Shown here in pieces: positions 52,861 through 63,509 of a stretch of DNA of 64,000 bases. The stretch is from Candidatus Kerfeldbacteria bacterium. GTDB lineage: Bacteria; Patescibacteriota; Patescibacteriia; UBA10025; JAHIVO01. How positions within the stretch are numbered: position 1 is the first letter of the stretch; each line of letters starts with the position of its first letter. The stretch lies in NCBI GenBank assembly GCA_016214565.1, contig JACROE010000002.1, positions 856,007 through 920,006 of the forward strand. Reading direction: 5' to 3'. The position numbers and the translations under genes are program-made. Under the pieces are notes generated by a model. It worked only from the letters and a program-made list of their open reading frames with translations, was not told where the DNA came from and searched no databases.

Positions 52861-53985
52861 ATGCTTCGTTCAATAATTTATGCATTAAAAAAAGCTGATT
52901 GGCCACTATACCTAGTGGTAATTTTTTTGGTTGCTCTCGGTATCGTAGGAATTTATAGCGTCGAAGTCACCGCCGATCAACCGACCTATACGTTGGTTAT
53001 TCGCCAATCAATTTTCGCCATTGCGGGTTGCCTCTTGATGATTGCTTTCAGTGTCATTGATTATCGTCGCTTGCGTGGGTGGACCTGGGTTCTGTACGGC
53101 GCTTCTATCATGTTGCTGCTGGGCGTATTGCTATTCGGCACTACGATTCGTGGTACCAAAGGTTGGTTTATGCTGTACGGCGATTTGGGCTTTCAACCTG
53201 TTGAGCTTATCAAAGTATTTGTTATTATTTTGCTTGGTAAATTGCTGTACGATTGGCGCGGGGAGATAGCATCGGCGCGTAAGTTGCTGTATCTGGTGGG
53301 CTTGATTGGCGTCTTGATTGGGCTGGTTCTCGCTCAGCCTGATTTTGGTTCATCCTTTATTATTGCGGCTACGGTATTAGGCTTGCTCGTCATTGTTAAA
53401 ATGCCACGACGGTATTTAGCATGGATTGGGGTGTTCCTTTTGATCATAATGGTAGTAGGGTGGCAGTTTGTGCTACGTGATTATCAGAAGGAGCGCATTC
53501 TTACGTTTATTGATCCCGATCGCGATCCGTACGGCAGCGGGTATAATATTAAGCAATCCATTATTGCAGTTGGTTCCGGCAATTTTTTAGGCAGGGGATT
53601 AGCGCTGGGACCGCAGAGCCGCTTGAATTTTTTGCCGGTTCAGGAAACAGATTTCATTTACGCAGTAATTGCCGAGCAATTGGGTTTTGTCGGTGCTAGT
53701 TTGATTCTGGGTCTTTGCGTAGCTCTGGTGTATCGATTGATTCGGATTGCTCGGCGTGCCCGGGATGATTTTGGACTTTTTATGATTATGGGCACGGTGA
53801 TATATTTTATGTTTCAAGCGCTGATGAACATTGGAATGAATATAGGTTTGCTTCCCATAGCCGGGGTTCCCTTGCCGTTAGTAAGCTATGGAGGTAGCTC
53901 GTTAGTTGTTAGTTTGCTATTGATCGGTTTGGCACAGAGCGTCCAGATACATAATACTGGCGCAACGAGTACGCGAGCGGATTGA
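52861..53985 (+). CDS. rodA: SEDS peptidoglycan glycosyltransferase RodA
   Basis: QPVELIK, QPDFG, QSIIAVGSG, TDFI, PLVSYGGSS. Confidence 0.92.
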   Translation: MLRSIIYALKKADWPLYLVVIFLVALGIVGIYSVEVTADQPTYTLVIRQSIFAIAGCLLMIAFSVIDYRRLRGWTWVLYGASIMLLLGVLLFGTTIRGTKGWFMLYGDLGFQPVELIKVFVIILLGKLLYDWRGEIASARKLLYLVGLIGVLIGLVLAQPDFGSSFIIAATVLGLLVIVKMPRRYLAWIGVFLLIIMVVGWQFVLRDYQKERILTFIDPDRDPYGSGYNIKQSIIAVGSGNFLGRGLALGPQSRLNFLPVQETDFIYAVIAEQLGFVGASLILGLCVALVYRLIRIARRARDDFGLFMIMGTVIYFMFQALMNIGMNIGLLPIAGVPLPLVSYGGSSLVVSLLLIGLAQSVQIHNTGATSTRAD

Positions 53986-54044
53986 CGATTTGCTATTTTT
54001 TTGATATACTATACATAGATTTTGTATAGATAATCAATTGGACA

Positions 54045-54440
54045 ATGAGCAGCGCCTCATTTTCACAGGAACATCATGATCCTCGTCAGCGAGCGGTGCA
54101 GCTGATGCCTACTTGTCAATTGTGTGCCGAACCATTTATCCCGAAACGTATCAGCGTACTGAATCAGTTGGGTCAAATTCAGTTACTCCATGCTCAGTGT
54201 ACGCGTTGCCGGACGGGGATGGTTCTCTTGCTACTCAATCACGAATATGGTATCGGTTCCGTTGGTCTGGTGACTGATCTGACTGAGCGCGATGTACTTC
54301 ATTTTTCTACAAATCAGCCAGTCAGCGTCGATGACGTACTTGAGATAGCGGAGCTCTTGCAATCCCCGAGCTTTCTTGATAGTATCTTTGCTACAGAGCC
54401 CCCGATACCGTTACCGAGGCCTTTTTCTAGAAATCCTTAG
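54045..54440 (+). CDS. Zn-finger hypothetical protein
   Basis: CQLC...CTRC, TDLT, VDDVLE. Confidence 0.7.
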   Translation: MSSASFSQEHHDPRQRAVQLMPTCQLCAEPFIPKRISVLNQLGQIQLLHAQCTRCRTGMVLLLLNHEYGIGSVGLVTDLTERDVLHFSTNQPVSVDDVLEIAELLQSPSFLDSIFATEPPIPLPRPFSRNP

Positions 54441-54518
54441 GAATTCTTCATTAAAAAGGCGGTGATAGTACCTCCTGGTCTACCCAGGCATTTATCAATT
54501 TTCTGAAATCTTCATTGT

Positions 54519-55223
54519 ATGGAATCAATTTCGCTCAAATCTCAGCCTCGTACGATTATTGGTGCCCGTGTAAAAGCCTTGCGCCGCGATGGCACTGTCC
54601 CTGCGGTTGTGTATGGTTCAAAACGGAAATCAACAAATCTGAGTCTCACCGCTACGGATTTTGAAGTTGCGTATCGGAAGGCGGGAAAGAGCGGTTTAAT
54701 TGATTTGTCCGTTGGTGAAGGCGCTCCGCTGAAAGTGCTAGTCCACGAAATCCAGCATGATCCAGTGACTGGGAAGCCTTTGCATGTTGATTTTTATGAA
54801 GTGGATATGGCTCAGAAGACGACCGCTGATGTGGAATTACATTTCATTGGCACTTCAAAGGCTGTCAAAGAATTGGGCGGTGTATTGATGAAGGCGCTTA
54901 CGACAGTGACTATTGAATGTTTACCGCAGCATCTTGTCCAGCACATCGATATTGATATTTCAAATTTGAATAGTTTTGATGATGTTATTCGTGTGAGCGA
55001 CATACCGTTACCTACCGGTGTCACCGTGGTTGGTCAAACAGATACTATGGTCGCTCGTGTCCAAGAACCTCGCTCTGAAGAGGAATTGAAGGCGCTGGAA
55101 GAAACACCTGCTGGTGTGCCGGTTACTGAAGTGGAAAAGGTGGGCGAGAAAGAGAAAGCAGAGGCTGAAGCAGCGCCTGAAGAAGGCGCAGCGCCAGCTG
55201 CTGAAAAAGCACAAGATAAATAA
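54519..55223 (+). CDS. rplY: 50S ribosomal protein L25 (Ctc form)
   Basis: VPAVVYG, IQHDPV, HVDFY, acidic tail. Confidence 0.95.
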   Translation: MESISLKSQPRTIIGARVKALRRDGTVPAVVYGSKRKSTNLSLTATDFEVAYRKAGKSGLIDLSVGEGAPLKVLVHEIQHDPVTGKPLHVDFYEVDMAQKTTADVELHFIGTSKAVKELGGVLMKALTTVTIECLPQHLVQHIDIDISNLNSFDDVIRVSDIPLPTGVTVVGQTDTMVARVQEPRSEEELKALEETPAGVPVTEVEKVGEKEKAEAEAAPEEGAAPAAEKAQDK

Positions 55224-55261
55224 TTTGTGCGCTCAATTGGGCGCACTGACAAGGAGGGTAT

Positions 55262-56344
55262 ATGCCAACCGCACCATCCAAGGAAACGCAAAATAATCTT
55301 GTCTGGGGTAAGCGCAAAAATAAGAAGTGGCTGTATATTTCGATTGCCGCAGTTATTGTTGTAGCGGCTGGTTTGGGTATTTTCATTTTCAAATTTAATC
55401 CCGATACGGCGCTTAATAATGCAAACAATGCCAATGATGATGGATCAACCTTGGTACGCCGTGCTAGTGACGGTGTATACGTCGATCCGGCGGACGCTAA
55501 TCGATTTCCCTTGGCAGTGATTATTGAGAATCTGACAGTGGCTCGTCCGCAATCAGGCCTGGCTTATGCCCAAGTGGTGTATGAAGCATTAGCTGAGGGT
55601 GGTATTACCCGATTTTTGGCGATATTTACCGGTGATTCGCCGGCCAAGATAGGGCCGGTGCGGTCAGCGCGACCTTATTTTATCGATTGGGTGCTTGAAT
55701 ACGGTGCCTTATTCGTCCATGCCGGCGGCAGCCCTAAGGCAATTGCTGACATTCAGAGTGAGGATGTATTTGATCTCAACCAATTTTACAATGCTCAGTA
55801 CTTTTTCAGAGATTACTCGCGGAACGTTGCCTCTGAGCACACATTGTACACTGATGGGGAGAAGTTAGCTTTTGCGTTGCGTGACCTCGAGGCGGATGCT
55901 GAGGGAGATTATGATACCTGGAAATTCAAAGATGACAATGCGCCTGATGCTCAACCAACAGAAACAAAGACTATCAGTATCAATTTTTCATCGTTTAGCT
56001 ATTCGGTGGAGTATACCTATGATTGGGAGCAAAATGACTACGTCCGTTTTATGGCTGGTGAAGCGCATCTGGATGCAGACGGTTCGCCGATCCGACCTCG
56101 GAATGTCATTGTCATGAAAGTAAAAACTAGTTTAGCCGATGAACAGCGTCTCGACATGGATACCATCGGTGAAGGTGAGGCGATCGTGTTTCGCGATGGG
56201 TCAGCCGTCACCGGCACATGGAAAAAGGAAAAACGCGATGGGCGCACTTATTTCTATGACGCGACAGGAGCTGAAATTAAACTGAATGCAGGTTCGACTT
56301 GGATAGAAGTGGTTCCGACTGATCGGGAAGTAACGTATAATTAA
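55262..56344 (+). CDS. DUF3048 domain protein
   Basis: IEN...RPQSGL, EGGITRF, GPVRSARPYF, HAGGS. Confidence 0.88.
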   Translation: MPTAPSKETQNNLVWGKRKNKKWLYISIAAVIVVAAGLGIFIFKFNPDTALNNANNANDDGSTLVRRASDGVYVDPADANRFPLAVIIENLTVARPQSGLAYAQVVYEALAEGGITRFLAIFTGDSPAKIGPVRSARPYFIDWVLEYGALFVHAGGSPKAIADIQSEDVFDLNQFYNAQYFFRDYSRNVASEHTLYTDGEKLAFALRDLEADAEGDYDTWKFKDDNAPDAQPTETKTISINFSSFSYSVEYTYDWEQNDYVRFMAGEAHLDADGSPIRPRNVIVMKVKTSLADEQRLDMDTIGEGEAIVFRDGSAVTGTWKKEKRDGRTYFYDATGAEIKLNAGSTWIEVVPTDREVTYN

Positions 56345-56358
56345 TTTTGAGGAAGCTC

Positions 56359-57537
56359 ATGCCAGAACAAAAACAAAAACTAAAAAAAAGCCAGCCAGAA
56401 GAAAAGTCAGTTCAAAAAAAAGAGCAATCGCCATGGCCAATGAAACAGAGGCCATGGATGGTGGCTGTAGGAATTTTTATTGGAGCGACGATTGGCGTCT
56501 GGTGGTTATTTGGCGTGCAAATAGCTGACGCCTGGCAGTATGTCCGAGAATGGTCAGGCATTGGCATCACGACGACGCTGGGCATCGGGGAAGCCGCTGA
56601 TACCAATGATGACGGTGACGCGGGATTAGTCCCTCGCTTGCTTGATGGCGTTTTAGTAGAATCTGCGCAATCAAACTTAGTGCCGTACTCGATTATGATT
56701 GAAAACCTGCTATCCGTTCGGCCGCAGAGCGGTCTGAGTGCAGCATCAGTCGTATATGAAACACTGGTTGAAGGCGGAGCCACCCGGTTTATGGCTGTTT
56801 TTGACCCCCGCACGTCTGTACCTACCATTATGCCCGTTCGATCGTCTCGTGCATACTTTCTCGAATGGGCACTAGAATATGATGTACTTTATGGGCATGC
56901 GGGCGGCAGTCCGCACGCGCTGCAGGTTATCCGCGAGCAAGGTGTTCGCGATTTTGATGCATTAACTAGTCGTGGTGCAAAGTATTATTGGCGTGATTCC
57001 AATCGACCCGCGCCACACAATTTAGTGACGTCATCGGAGAAGATGGTCAGCGCTCTTGATACGCTTGAGCTTGATTTGCAGCATGCTGAATTTTTGCCGT
57101 GGAAATTTAAAGATGGAGCGCTGCCGGCAGATCGGGGAGCCGATGGGAAAACTTTGACATTCAATTTTTCCTACGGCACTACCTATGAGGTTGATTTTAC
57201 CTACAACCAAGAGCGAAACCAATATCTGCGATTTAATGCAAACCAACCGCACGTGGACGCGAATACGAATGAACAAATAGCCGTAGACAATGTGATTGTT
57301 CAACTCGTGGAAGAGCCAGTTCTCAATGGCGGTAAAGGACGCATTGATATGTTTGTGGGTGGCACCGGAGATGCTTGGGTAGCGCGTGATGGGCAGATGA
57401 TCAAAGCTACGTGGCGCAAGGACGCCAATCGTGAGCGGACACGATTTTACGATGAGTCGGGGGCTGAAATAGAATTGAACCGTGGCACAACCTGGGTGCA
57501 TGTGGTGACGAAGACGCAGGGAGTGACATACGAGTAA
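56359..57537 (+). CDS. DUF3048 domain protein (tandem paralog)
   Basis: IEN...RPQSGL, EGGATRF, PVRSSR, HAGGS, APHN. Confidence 0.88.
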   Translation: MPEQKQKLKKSQPEEKSVQKKEQSPWPMKQRPWMVAVGIFIGATIGVWWLFGVQIADAWQYVREWSGIGITTTLGIGEAADTNDDGDAGLVPRLLDGVLVESAQSNLVPYSIMIENLLSVRPQSGLSAASVVYETLVEGGATRFMAVFDPRTSVPTIMPVRSSRAYFLEWALEYDVLYGHAGGSPHALQVIREQGVRDFDALTSRGAKYYWRDSNRPAPHNLVTSSEKMVSALDTLELDLQHAEFLPWKFKDGALPADRGADGKTLTFNFSYGTTYEVDFTYNQERNQYLRFNANQPHVDANTNEQIAVDNVIVQLVEEPVLNGGKGRIDMFVGGTGDAWVARDGQMIKATWRKDANRERTRFYDESGAEIELNRGTTWVHVVTKTQGVTYE

Positions 57538-57540
57538 AAC

Positions 57541-58395
57541 TTAAACAATACCAATAACTCGATCTCGTTTGCTGAGATCCTGGATTATTTGTATTGTTTT
57601 ACCTGGGAACTGTTGCTTGGCAGCATATTCGATAGCACCGGCTTGGGCTGGAGCGATTTCGAGGAGGATTGCGCCATGTGGTGCTAGATAATGCGTGGCA
57701 CGGGAGAGCAGACGATCAATCACCTCAATACCCATTTTGCCACCATACAGCGCTGTGCGAGGTTCATGCTTTACATTCGCTAACTCTTCTTTGTGCAGGT
57801 AGGGGAGGTTGGCCACGATGATGTCCAGCGGCTTTCGTTTGGTTACACGAGCGTATGGCGAAAAAAGATTGCCGTGAAGAAGCGTGATGCGCGACATCAG
57901 TTTATGCGTTGTAGCATTTTTCCGTGCAATGTTCAGGGCAGTCTCAGATATGTCAGAAGCAAATATTTCAGATTGAGGTAGGTATTTTGCAAGGCTAATG
58001 GCAATGCAGCCCGAGCCGGTGCCAATATCGGCAATGCGGAGTTTGGCAGCCCCTATTTTCTTCTCCAACTCACGAGCTTGATGAATAACGGATTCCACGA
58101 GCAACTCGGTTTCCGGTCGCGGGACAAGCACACTTTTTGTAACAACAAAATCAAGTCCATAAAATTCTTTATGGCCAATCAGATAGGCAACCGGCATTCC
58201 TTTTTTTCGTTGTTGAATCAGTGACCGAAATCGGGCGGCCTGAGCTGATGTTATCGTATGATTTGGGTTAGTCAGTAGCCAGGTTTTCGATTTATGCAAT
58301 ACGAACGCCAAAAGCACTTCAGCATCCAGATTGGCTGACGTTGAAACCGGCCGTAGGGTGGTGATTGCATTAAGCAGCGCGCGCTGGATTGTCAT
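57541..58395 (-). CDS. prmC: Release factor glutamine methyltransferase
   Basis: [21 protein letters not shown]; adjacent to prfA. Confidence 0.94.
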   Translation of the reverse strand: MTIQRALLNAITTLRPVSTSANLDAEVLLAFVLHKSKTWLLTNPNHTITSAQAARFRSLIQQRKKGMPVAYLIGHKEFYGLDFVVTKSVLVPRPETELLVESVIHQARELEKKIGAAKLRIADIGTGSGCIAISLAKYLPQSEIFASDISETALNIARKNATTHKLMSRITLLHGNLFSPYARVTKRKPLDIIVANLPYLHKEELANVKHEPRTALYGGKMGIEVIDRLLSRATHYLAPHGAILLEIAPAQAGAIEYAAKQQFPGKTIQIIQDLSKRDRVIGIV

Positions 58396-59444
58396 GCGTT
58401 TGCTTGAGCCGCTGATTGTAAGGCCGTTACAATTGCTTCAAGATTTCCATCGAGAATCACCGGTATATTCGAAAAATTGCGTTTAATGCGGTGATCAGTA
58501 ATTCTGTCTTGGGGGAAATTATAGGTGCGAATTTTTTCTGAACGGTCGCCGGTACCGATTTGGGACTTGCGTGCGTCGGATTTTTCCTTGCGGGCTTTTT
58601 CCTGCTGCGCGGCAAGCAAACGTGACCGAAGCACTTGGAGCGCCTTTTCTTTGTTTTGTTTTTGCGAGCGTTCATCTTGGCAGATTACCGTTAAGCCAGT
58701 TGGTTTATGAACAATGCGAATGGCGGAGTAGGTAGTGTTAACTGACTGACCTCCGTGGCCAGATGATGTCGTTGCCTCGATGTCTAATTCTTCAGGCTTA
58801 AGTTCGATATCAACCTCATCGGCTTCGGGCATAACAACCACGGTGGCAGCTGATGTGTGCACCCGGCCATTTTTTTCTGTTTCCGGAACCCGCTGTACTC
58901 GATGTACGCCGCTTTCAAATTTTAGATTGCTGTACACGTTTGAACCGTTTATTTCAAAAATTACTTCTTTGATGCCACCGATGCCGGTTTTGTTCATGGA
59001 AATGAGATGGGCGTGCCAACCCTGGCGCTCCGCGTAGCGCTGGTACATGCGGAATAGTTCTGCGGCAAAAAGGCCAGCTTCATCGCCACCAGTTCCGGCG
59101 CGAATTTCGACGATGATGTCTTTTTTGTCCAATGGATCAGCGGGATGAAGGATGGCGTCGAGCGTATGGAGTATATCGGCTTCTTTTTGTTTAACGACTT
59201 CTAGCTCTTCGAGGGCAATTTGTTTAATCTCGTCGTCCGTTTCTTCGGCCAGTGTTTGCTCAAGCTCCCGATGGGTGGCTTGTACTTTCTTTAATTCCTT
59301 GGCATGACTGAGCGTTTCGCTGATGTCATTAAATTCCTTAGTTAATTTTTGAAGTTTTTGAGTATCAGCAAACGTATCGGGATTTTGTAAATCCCGTTCA
59401 AGTTCGTCGTAGCGCGCTTGCAGCTGTTCGATGTGTTTATCCAT
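58392..59444 (-). CDS. prfA: Peptide chain release factor 1
   Basis: [30 protein letters not shown]. Confidence 0.96.
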   Translation of the reverse strand: MDKHIEQLQARYDELERDLQNPDTFADTQKLQKLTKEFNDISETLSHAKELKKVQATHRELEQTLAEETDDEIKQIALEELEVVKQKEADILHTLDAILHPADPLDKKDIIVEIRAGTGGDEAGLFAAELFRMYQRYAERQGWHAHLISMNKTGIGGIKEVIFEINGSNVYSNLKFESGVHRVQRVPETEKNGRVHTSAATVVVMPEADEVDIELKPEELDIEATTSSGHGGQSVNTTYSAIRIVHKPTGLTVICQDERSQKQNKEKALQVLRSRLLAAQQEKARKEKSDARKSQIGTGDRSEKIRTYNFPQDRITDHRIKRNFSNIPVILDGNLEAIVTALQSAAQANA

Positions 59445-59505
59445 AGCGAATGGGTACAATGCAAAAAACCCCGTGCCAACATGTGACGGGGAGGGGGTTA
59501 TTCAG

Positions 59506-59751
59506 CTACTTTTCCGCTTTAATTTTCTTTCGAGCTGCTGGTTTTGTGGTTTTTTTTGACACGAGACGCTGATAACGCTCGACGCGACCGCGGTCATCCA
59601 TCAATTTCTGCTTGCCGGTATAGAAAGGATGACATACCGAACAAATTTCCACGTGGATTTCTTTGACCGTGGAGCCAGTCGTGAAGGTGTTGCCACAGGC
59701 ACAGGTGACGGTGGCATCGGCAAAATATTCAGGATGGATATCTTTTTGCAT
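59506..59751 (-). CDS. rpmE: 50S ribosomal protein L31 (Zn-binding form)
   Basis: [20 protein letters not shown]. Confidence 0.96.
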   Translation of the reverse strand: MQKDIHPEYFADATVTCACGNTFTTGSTVKEIHVEICSVCHPFYTGKQKLMDDRGRVERYQRLVSKKTTKPAARKKIKAEK

Positions 59752-59901
59752 ATAATGTGGCTCCTAGTGTAGCAAAGTGCTGTTTTTTTGGCAAGGGGGC
59801 AAGTTCTGGGAGGGGAGCGTCTTGCATTCTCACAGGATTGTGGTAGAATCAGAGGCACATTAAAAAGCCTTGTTTTATTAGGTTTTTTAATATTTACTAA
59901 T

Positions 59902-59985
59902 CACACATGTTTTCTGACGATTACGGCACCTTGCCCCGGAAAATAAAGGGGTTACGTCGTACTCGGTTGACGAAAACAGAGGAAT
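59902..59985 (+). promoter_or_regulatory. Structured rpsB leader (putative S2 autoregulation)
   Basis: CACAC...GTTTTC/GAAAAC, ACGGC/GTCGT and CCCC/GGGG stems downstream of TTGCAT...TGGTAGAAT promoter. Confidence 0.5.
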
Positions 59986-60002
59986 AAATAAGGAACATCC
60001 AT

Positions 60003-60728
60003 ATGGAACAGCAAGCATTGCTCGATATGCTCAAGAGCGGGGTGCACTTCGGTCACCAGGCCAAGAATTGGCATCCCAAAATGAAACCCTTCATCTTTAC
60101 GACGCGGGGTGGCGTTCATATCATTGACCTGGAAAAAACCGCGGCTCAATTGTCGTTGGCCATGACATTTGTGTCAGACTTGGCAGCCCGAGGCGGCACC
60201 ATATTATTCGTGACGACCAAGCGCCAAGCCACCGCCATCGTAAAAAAGGCAGCGGAAGTTTCTGGCATGCCAGCAGTAACCGAACGCTGGATCGGCGGTA
60301 CATTAACAAATTTTGAAAACATTTTGAGTCTTGTACACCGATTGAAAGACCTTCGACGACAACGCGATACAGGGGAACTTGAAAAGTATACAAAACGCGA
60401 ACGCTTGAAGAAAGAGGAAGAAATAGCCAATCTGGAGAAATCAGTTGGTGGCATTGAGGGATTGGAAAAATTGCCTGACGCAGTATTTATCATTGATCTC
60501 AAAAAAGAACGTACGGCTGTTCGTGAAGCACGCAAGCGCAAAATCCCAATCGTTGCAATCGTCGATACTAATGCTAATCCGGATTTAGTTGACTATGCGA
60601 TCCCCGGCAATGATGACGCGAGCAAATCAATATCCATGCTGACTAATGCCGTGGCGCAAGCTGTCCAAGAAGGAGTTGCTCGTCGCGCCAAGGAGCAGGC
60701 TGCACCAGCTGCACCACAGACTAAATAG
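60003..60728 (+). CDS. rpsB: 30S ribosomal protein S2
   Basis: GVHFGH, RWIGGTLTN, VDTN, IPGNDD. Confidence 0.97.
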   Translation: MEQQALLDMLKSGVHFGHQAKNWHPKMKPFIFTTRGGVHIIDLEKTAAQLSLAMTFVSDLAARGGTILFVTTKRQATAIVKKAAEVSGMPAVTERWIGGTLTNFENILSLVHRLKDLRRQRDTGELEKYTKRERLKKEEEIANLEKSVGGIEGLEKLPDAVFIIDLKKERTAVREARKRKIPIVAIVDTNANPDLVDYAIPGNDDASKSISMLTNAVAQAVQEGVARRAKEQAAPAAPQTK

Positions 60729-60747
60729 TTTCTTTCAAAAAAGACTT

Positions 60748-61335
60748 ATGCCAATTGATACAGCGACAATTCAAAAATTACGAGTGATGACCGGAGCCGG
60801 CATTATGGACGCTAAAAAAGCGCTCACTGAAGTGAATGGCGACATTGATGCCGCACTAGAATATCTGAAAAAACATGGGCAGAAAGTTGCTGCACAGAAG
60901 CAAGATCGCGTCGCTCGTGATGGAGTGATCGGCACATATCTTCACGCCAATAAAAAATTAGCTGCACTTGTATTATTAGCCTGCGAAACTGATTTTGTTG
61001 CAAAAACGGAAGATTTCCAAAACCTTGCTCATGACATTGCCATGCAAGTTGCGGCAATGGATCCACAATACGTTCGTCCGGAGGATATTCCTGCTGAGGT
61101 AATTGAAAAAGAAAAGGATATATTCCGCGCACAGCTCAAACAAGAAGGTAAACCGGAAAAAATGTGGGACGCAATTATTGAGGGTAAATTGAAAAAGTAT
61201 TACACGGAAGTGTGCTTACTCCATCAGGCTTTTGTGAAGGATGAAGATAAAACGATTAATGATTTAGTGACGGCGGTGATTGCGAAACTTGGTGAAAATA
61301 TCCAAGTCAAGAGATTTACTCGTATTTCCCTCTAA
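60748..61335 (+). CDS. tsf: Elongation factor Ts (short form)
   Basis: TGAGIMDAKKAL, CETDFVA. Confidence 0.96.
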   Translation: MPIDTATIQKLRVMTGAGIMDAKKALTEVNGDIDAALEYLKKHGQKVAAQKQDRVARDGVIGTYLHANKKLAALVLLACETDFVAKTEDFQNLAHDIAMQVAAMDPQYVRPEDIPAEVIEKEKDIFRAQLKQEGKPEKMWDAIIEGKLKKYYTEVCLLHQAFVKDEDKTINDLVTAVIAKLGENIQVKRFTRISL

Positions 61336-61354
61336 ATTAATTACTTCCGAGCCT

Positions 61355-62203
61355 ATGCTCGATGATTACATTGCCATTGCCACAATCGCTGTTGCGCTTA
61401 TCGTGATTGTGTATATCGTTTCACGAAAGTTTCCCGTAGTGGCCGCAATCAAGACCGAGCAGCTTATTCGTCACCGGCAGGAACGCTTAAAGAAAGGGTT
61501 GATGGAGAATCGCTTAAAAAGAAAATTGCGTCTTCATAAATTGCCCACTGTTTTCCGCGGTAGCGAGGGGAATCCATCAGTTTTTCAACGACTGCATCAG
61601 ACATTGCGCGACATTGAGCAGCGTTATCGATTAAAAATCCATGAAATTGAACCCACTGACGATGCTGATAGTGAGCGAAAAGTGAGTACGCTGATTACGG
61701 AAGCGCTTGCGAAAGAAGAAGCTGGCGAGTACAAGGAAGCTGAGGCTCGGTATATACAGGCAATTAGCATTGATGCAAAGTCTGAGGAAGCGTACGAGGG
61801 TTTAGGAACGCTGTATATGGTGATGAAGGATTATGAGCATGCTGTTGAGATTTATCAATATTTGTTGAAACTCCATGAAGCAGGAGATGCGGCAGTTGCT
61901 GCTAGTACTGATGCCCAATCGGGAAGCACTGCGGTCTCGCTGAATGCAACCGTCGCAGCTTATCACGTTGAGCTTGGAGAAGTATACCAGGCAATGCAAA
62001 AACCAGCTGAAGCGCATCTCCAATTTATTGAAGCGATTAAGCTTGAGCCAAATAGTCCTCGCATTCTTGATTTAGTTATTGAATCGGCTCTGTCACTTAA
62101 GCATAAGGAAACCGCCGAAACATACATCAAGAAGCTAAAAGAAGTAAATCCAGATAATGAAAAGGTTAAGGAATTTCAGAAGGCAGTGAAAGAACTTTCA
62201 TAA
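61355..62203 (+). CDS. Membrane-anchored TPR protein
   Basis: N-terminal TM helix; TPR-like AEARYIQAISIDAK and AIKLEPN repeats. Confidence 0.8.
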   Translation: MLDDYIAIATIAVALIVIVYIVSRKFPVVAAIKTEQLIRHRQERLKKGLMENRLKRKLRLHKLPTVFRGSEGNPSVFQRLHQTLRDIEQRYRLKIHEIEPTDDADSERKVSTLITEALAKEEAGEYKEAEARYIQAISIDAKSEEAYEGLGTLYMVMKDYEHAVEIYQYLLKLHEAGDAAVAASTDAQSGSTAVSLNATVAAYHVELGEVYQAMQKPAEAHLQFIEAIKLEPNSPRILDLVIESALSLKHKETAETYIKKLKEVNPDNEKVKEFQKAVKELS

Positions 62204-62246
62204 GAGTGTTGTGCATTTGGAGCACGGCGTGCCCCAACTCAGACGT

Positions 62247-62322
62247 GCCGTTGTAGCTCAGTTGGTAGAGCAACTCCATGGTAAGGAGTAGGTCGCCGGT
62301 TCAATTCCGGCCAACGGCTCCA
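62247..62322 (+). tRNA. tRNA-Thr(GGT)
   Basis: Cloverleaf; ACTCC-ATGGTAA-GGAGT anticodon arm; encoded CCA. Confidence 0.95.
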
Positions 62323-62471
62323 CGCCTTCTCTATTGCCTCGGGTTGCGCGCGACGAATCAAGTTCGCCTCGCTCCACCCTCGGCAATGAGCCGGCTTTTC
62401 CGAAATAATGTGTACATTATTTCGGTGGGGAACAGCAAGAGGTGTTTGTTCGTATCATTTACATCATATCT

Positions 62472-62558
62472 GGGCGGATACCGAAGTGGTCAAACGGGGC
62501 AGACTGTAAATCTGCTGGCCTTGCGCCTTCGTAGGTTCGATCCCTACTCCGCCCACCA
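62472..62558 (+). tRNA. tRNA-Tyr(GTA)
   Basis: GCAGA-CTGTAAA-TCTGC arm, long variable arm, encoded CCA. Confidence 0.95.
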
Positions 62559-62572
62559 GCCCCGTACAATGA

Positions 62573-62645
62573 GCCAGCGTAGCTCAGTTGGTAGAGCAGC
62601 TGTTTTGTAAACAGCAGGTCGGGGGTTCGAATCCCTTCGCTGGCT
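62573..62645 (+). tRNA. tRNA-Thr(TGT)
   Basis: GCTGT-TTTGTAA-ACAGC arm; CCA not encoded. Confidence 0.93.
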
Positions 62646-62705
62646 ATGTCAAAATTGTGCTGAATTTGATACGTCAATTTGAAATAACCATAAGCAATAA
62701 ATACT

Positions 62706-62861
62706 ATGTCACAGGATAATTTAATAAAATTTGAATGCACGGAGTGCCACCGCATTAATTATCATTCACGAAAGAATAAAAAAAACGTGAAGGATCGCAT
62801 TGAACTGAAAAAGTTCTGCAAATGGTGCAAAAAGCACACGATGCACAAAGAAACAAAATAG
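62706..62861 (+). CDS. rpmG: 50S ribosomal protein L33 (not in ORF track)
   Basis: Translated by hand: [51 protein letters not shown]. Confidence 0.96.
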   Translation: MSQDNLIKFECTECHRINYHSRKNKKNVKDRIELKKFCKWCKKHTMHKETK

Positions 62862-62892
62862 GCGGATACGAGCGCGGTTTTGTTTTTTGCCA

Positions 62893-62967
62893 GGGGCTAT
62901 AGTTCAATGGCTAGAATAGCGGTCTCCAAAACCGTTGATCGAGGTTCGAGTCCTCGTGGCCCCGCCA
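62893..62967 (+). tRNA. tRNA-Trp(CCA)
   Basis: GCGGT-CTCCAAA-ACCGT arm, encoded CCA end. Confidence 0.95.
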
Positions 62968-62988
62968 CAATCATTTTCATTTACTGAC

Positions 62989-63453
62989 ATGAAAACACTA
63001 GTTATATTTGACTCGCAGTTTGGTAATACACAAAAAATCGCAGAGGCGATTAAGCTTGGCTTATCCGGCGACGTTTTGATGAAGCGCGCCTCGGATGTGC
63101 TACCGGAGGATTTTACTTCTTTGGGCATCCTTGTGGTTGGTTCGCCAACACAAGGAGGACGGGCAACGCAAGCTGTCCAGGCATGTATTAACGCGCTTCC
63201 TGCCGGCAGTCTCAAAGATGTGAGGGTAGCCGCATTCGATACCCGGTTTAATGCAGAAAAATACAATATTGGCTATCGTTTAATTTTACGTACGGTCAAA
63301 TACGCAGCGCAAAAGATTGCAAAAGATCTTGAATCAAAAGGCGGGCAACTCATTATTAAACCCGAAGGTTTCTTTGTCTCCGATAAAGAGGGACCGCTCG
63401 CCGATGGGGAGCTCGATCGTGCAAAAGCATGGGGGGCGCAGTTGGTTCAGTAG
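62989..63453 (+). CDS. Flavodoxin
   Basis: DSQFGNTQKIA, VGSPT, AAFDTR. Confidence 0.9.
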   Translation: MKTLVIFDSQFGNTQKIAEAIKLGLSGDVLMKRASDVLPEDFTSLGILVVGSPTQGGRATQAVQACINALPAGSLKDVRVAAFDTRFNAEKYNIGYRLILRTVKYAAQKIAKDLESKGGQLIIKPEGFFVSDKEGPLADGELDRAKAWGAQLVQ

Positions 63454-63509
63454 GCTAGTTGTGGATAACCGACATTGCCTCGTATTTCGAGGTATGGTAG
63501 GGTATAGGC

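Noticed and set aside
62278-62610. ORFs over the tRNA cluster
   Set aside because: Overlap bona fide tRNA genes
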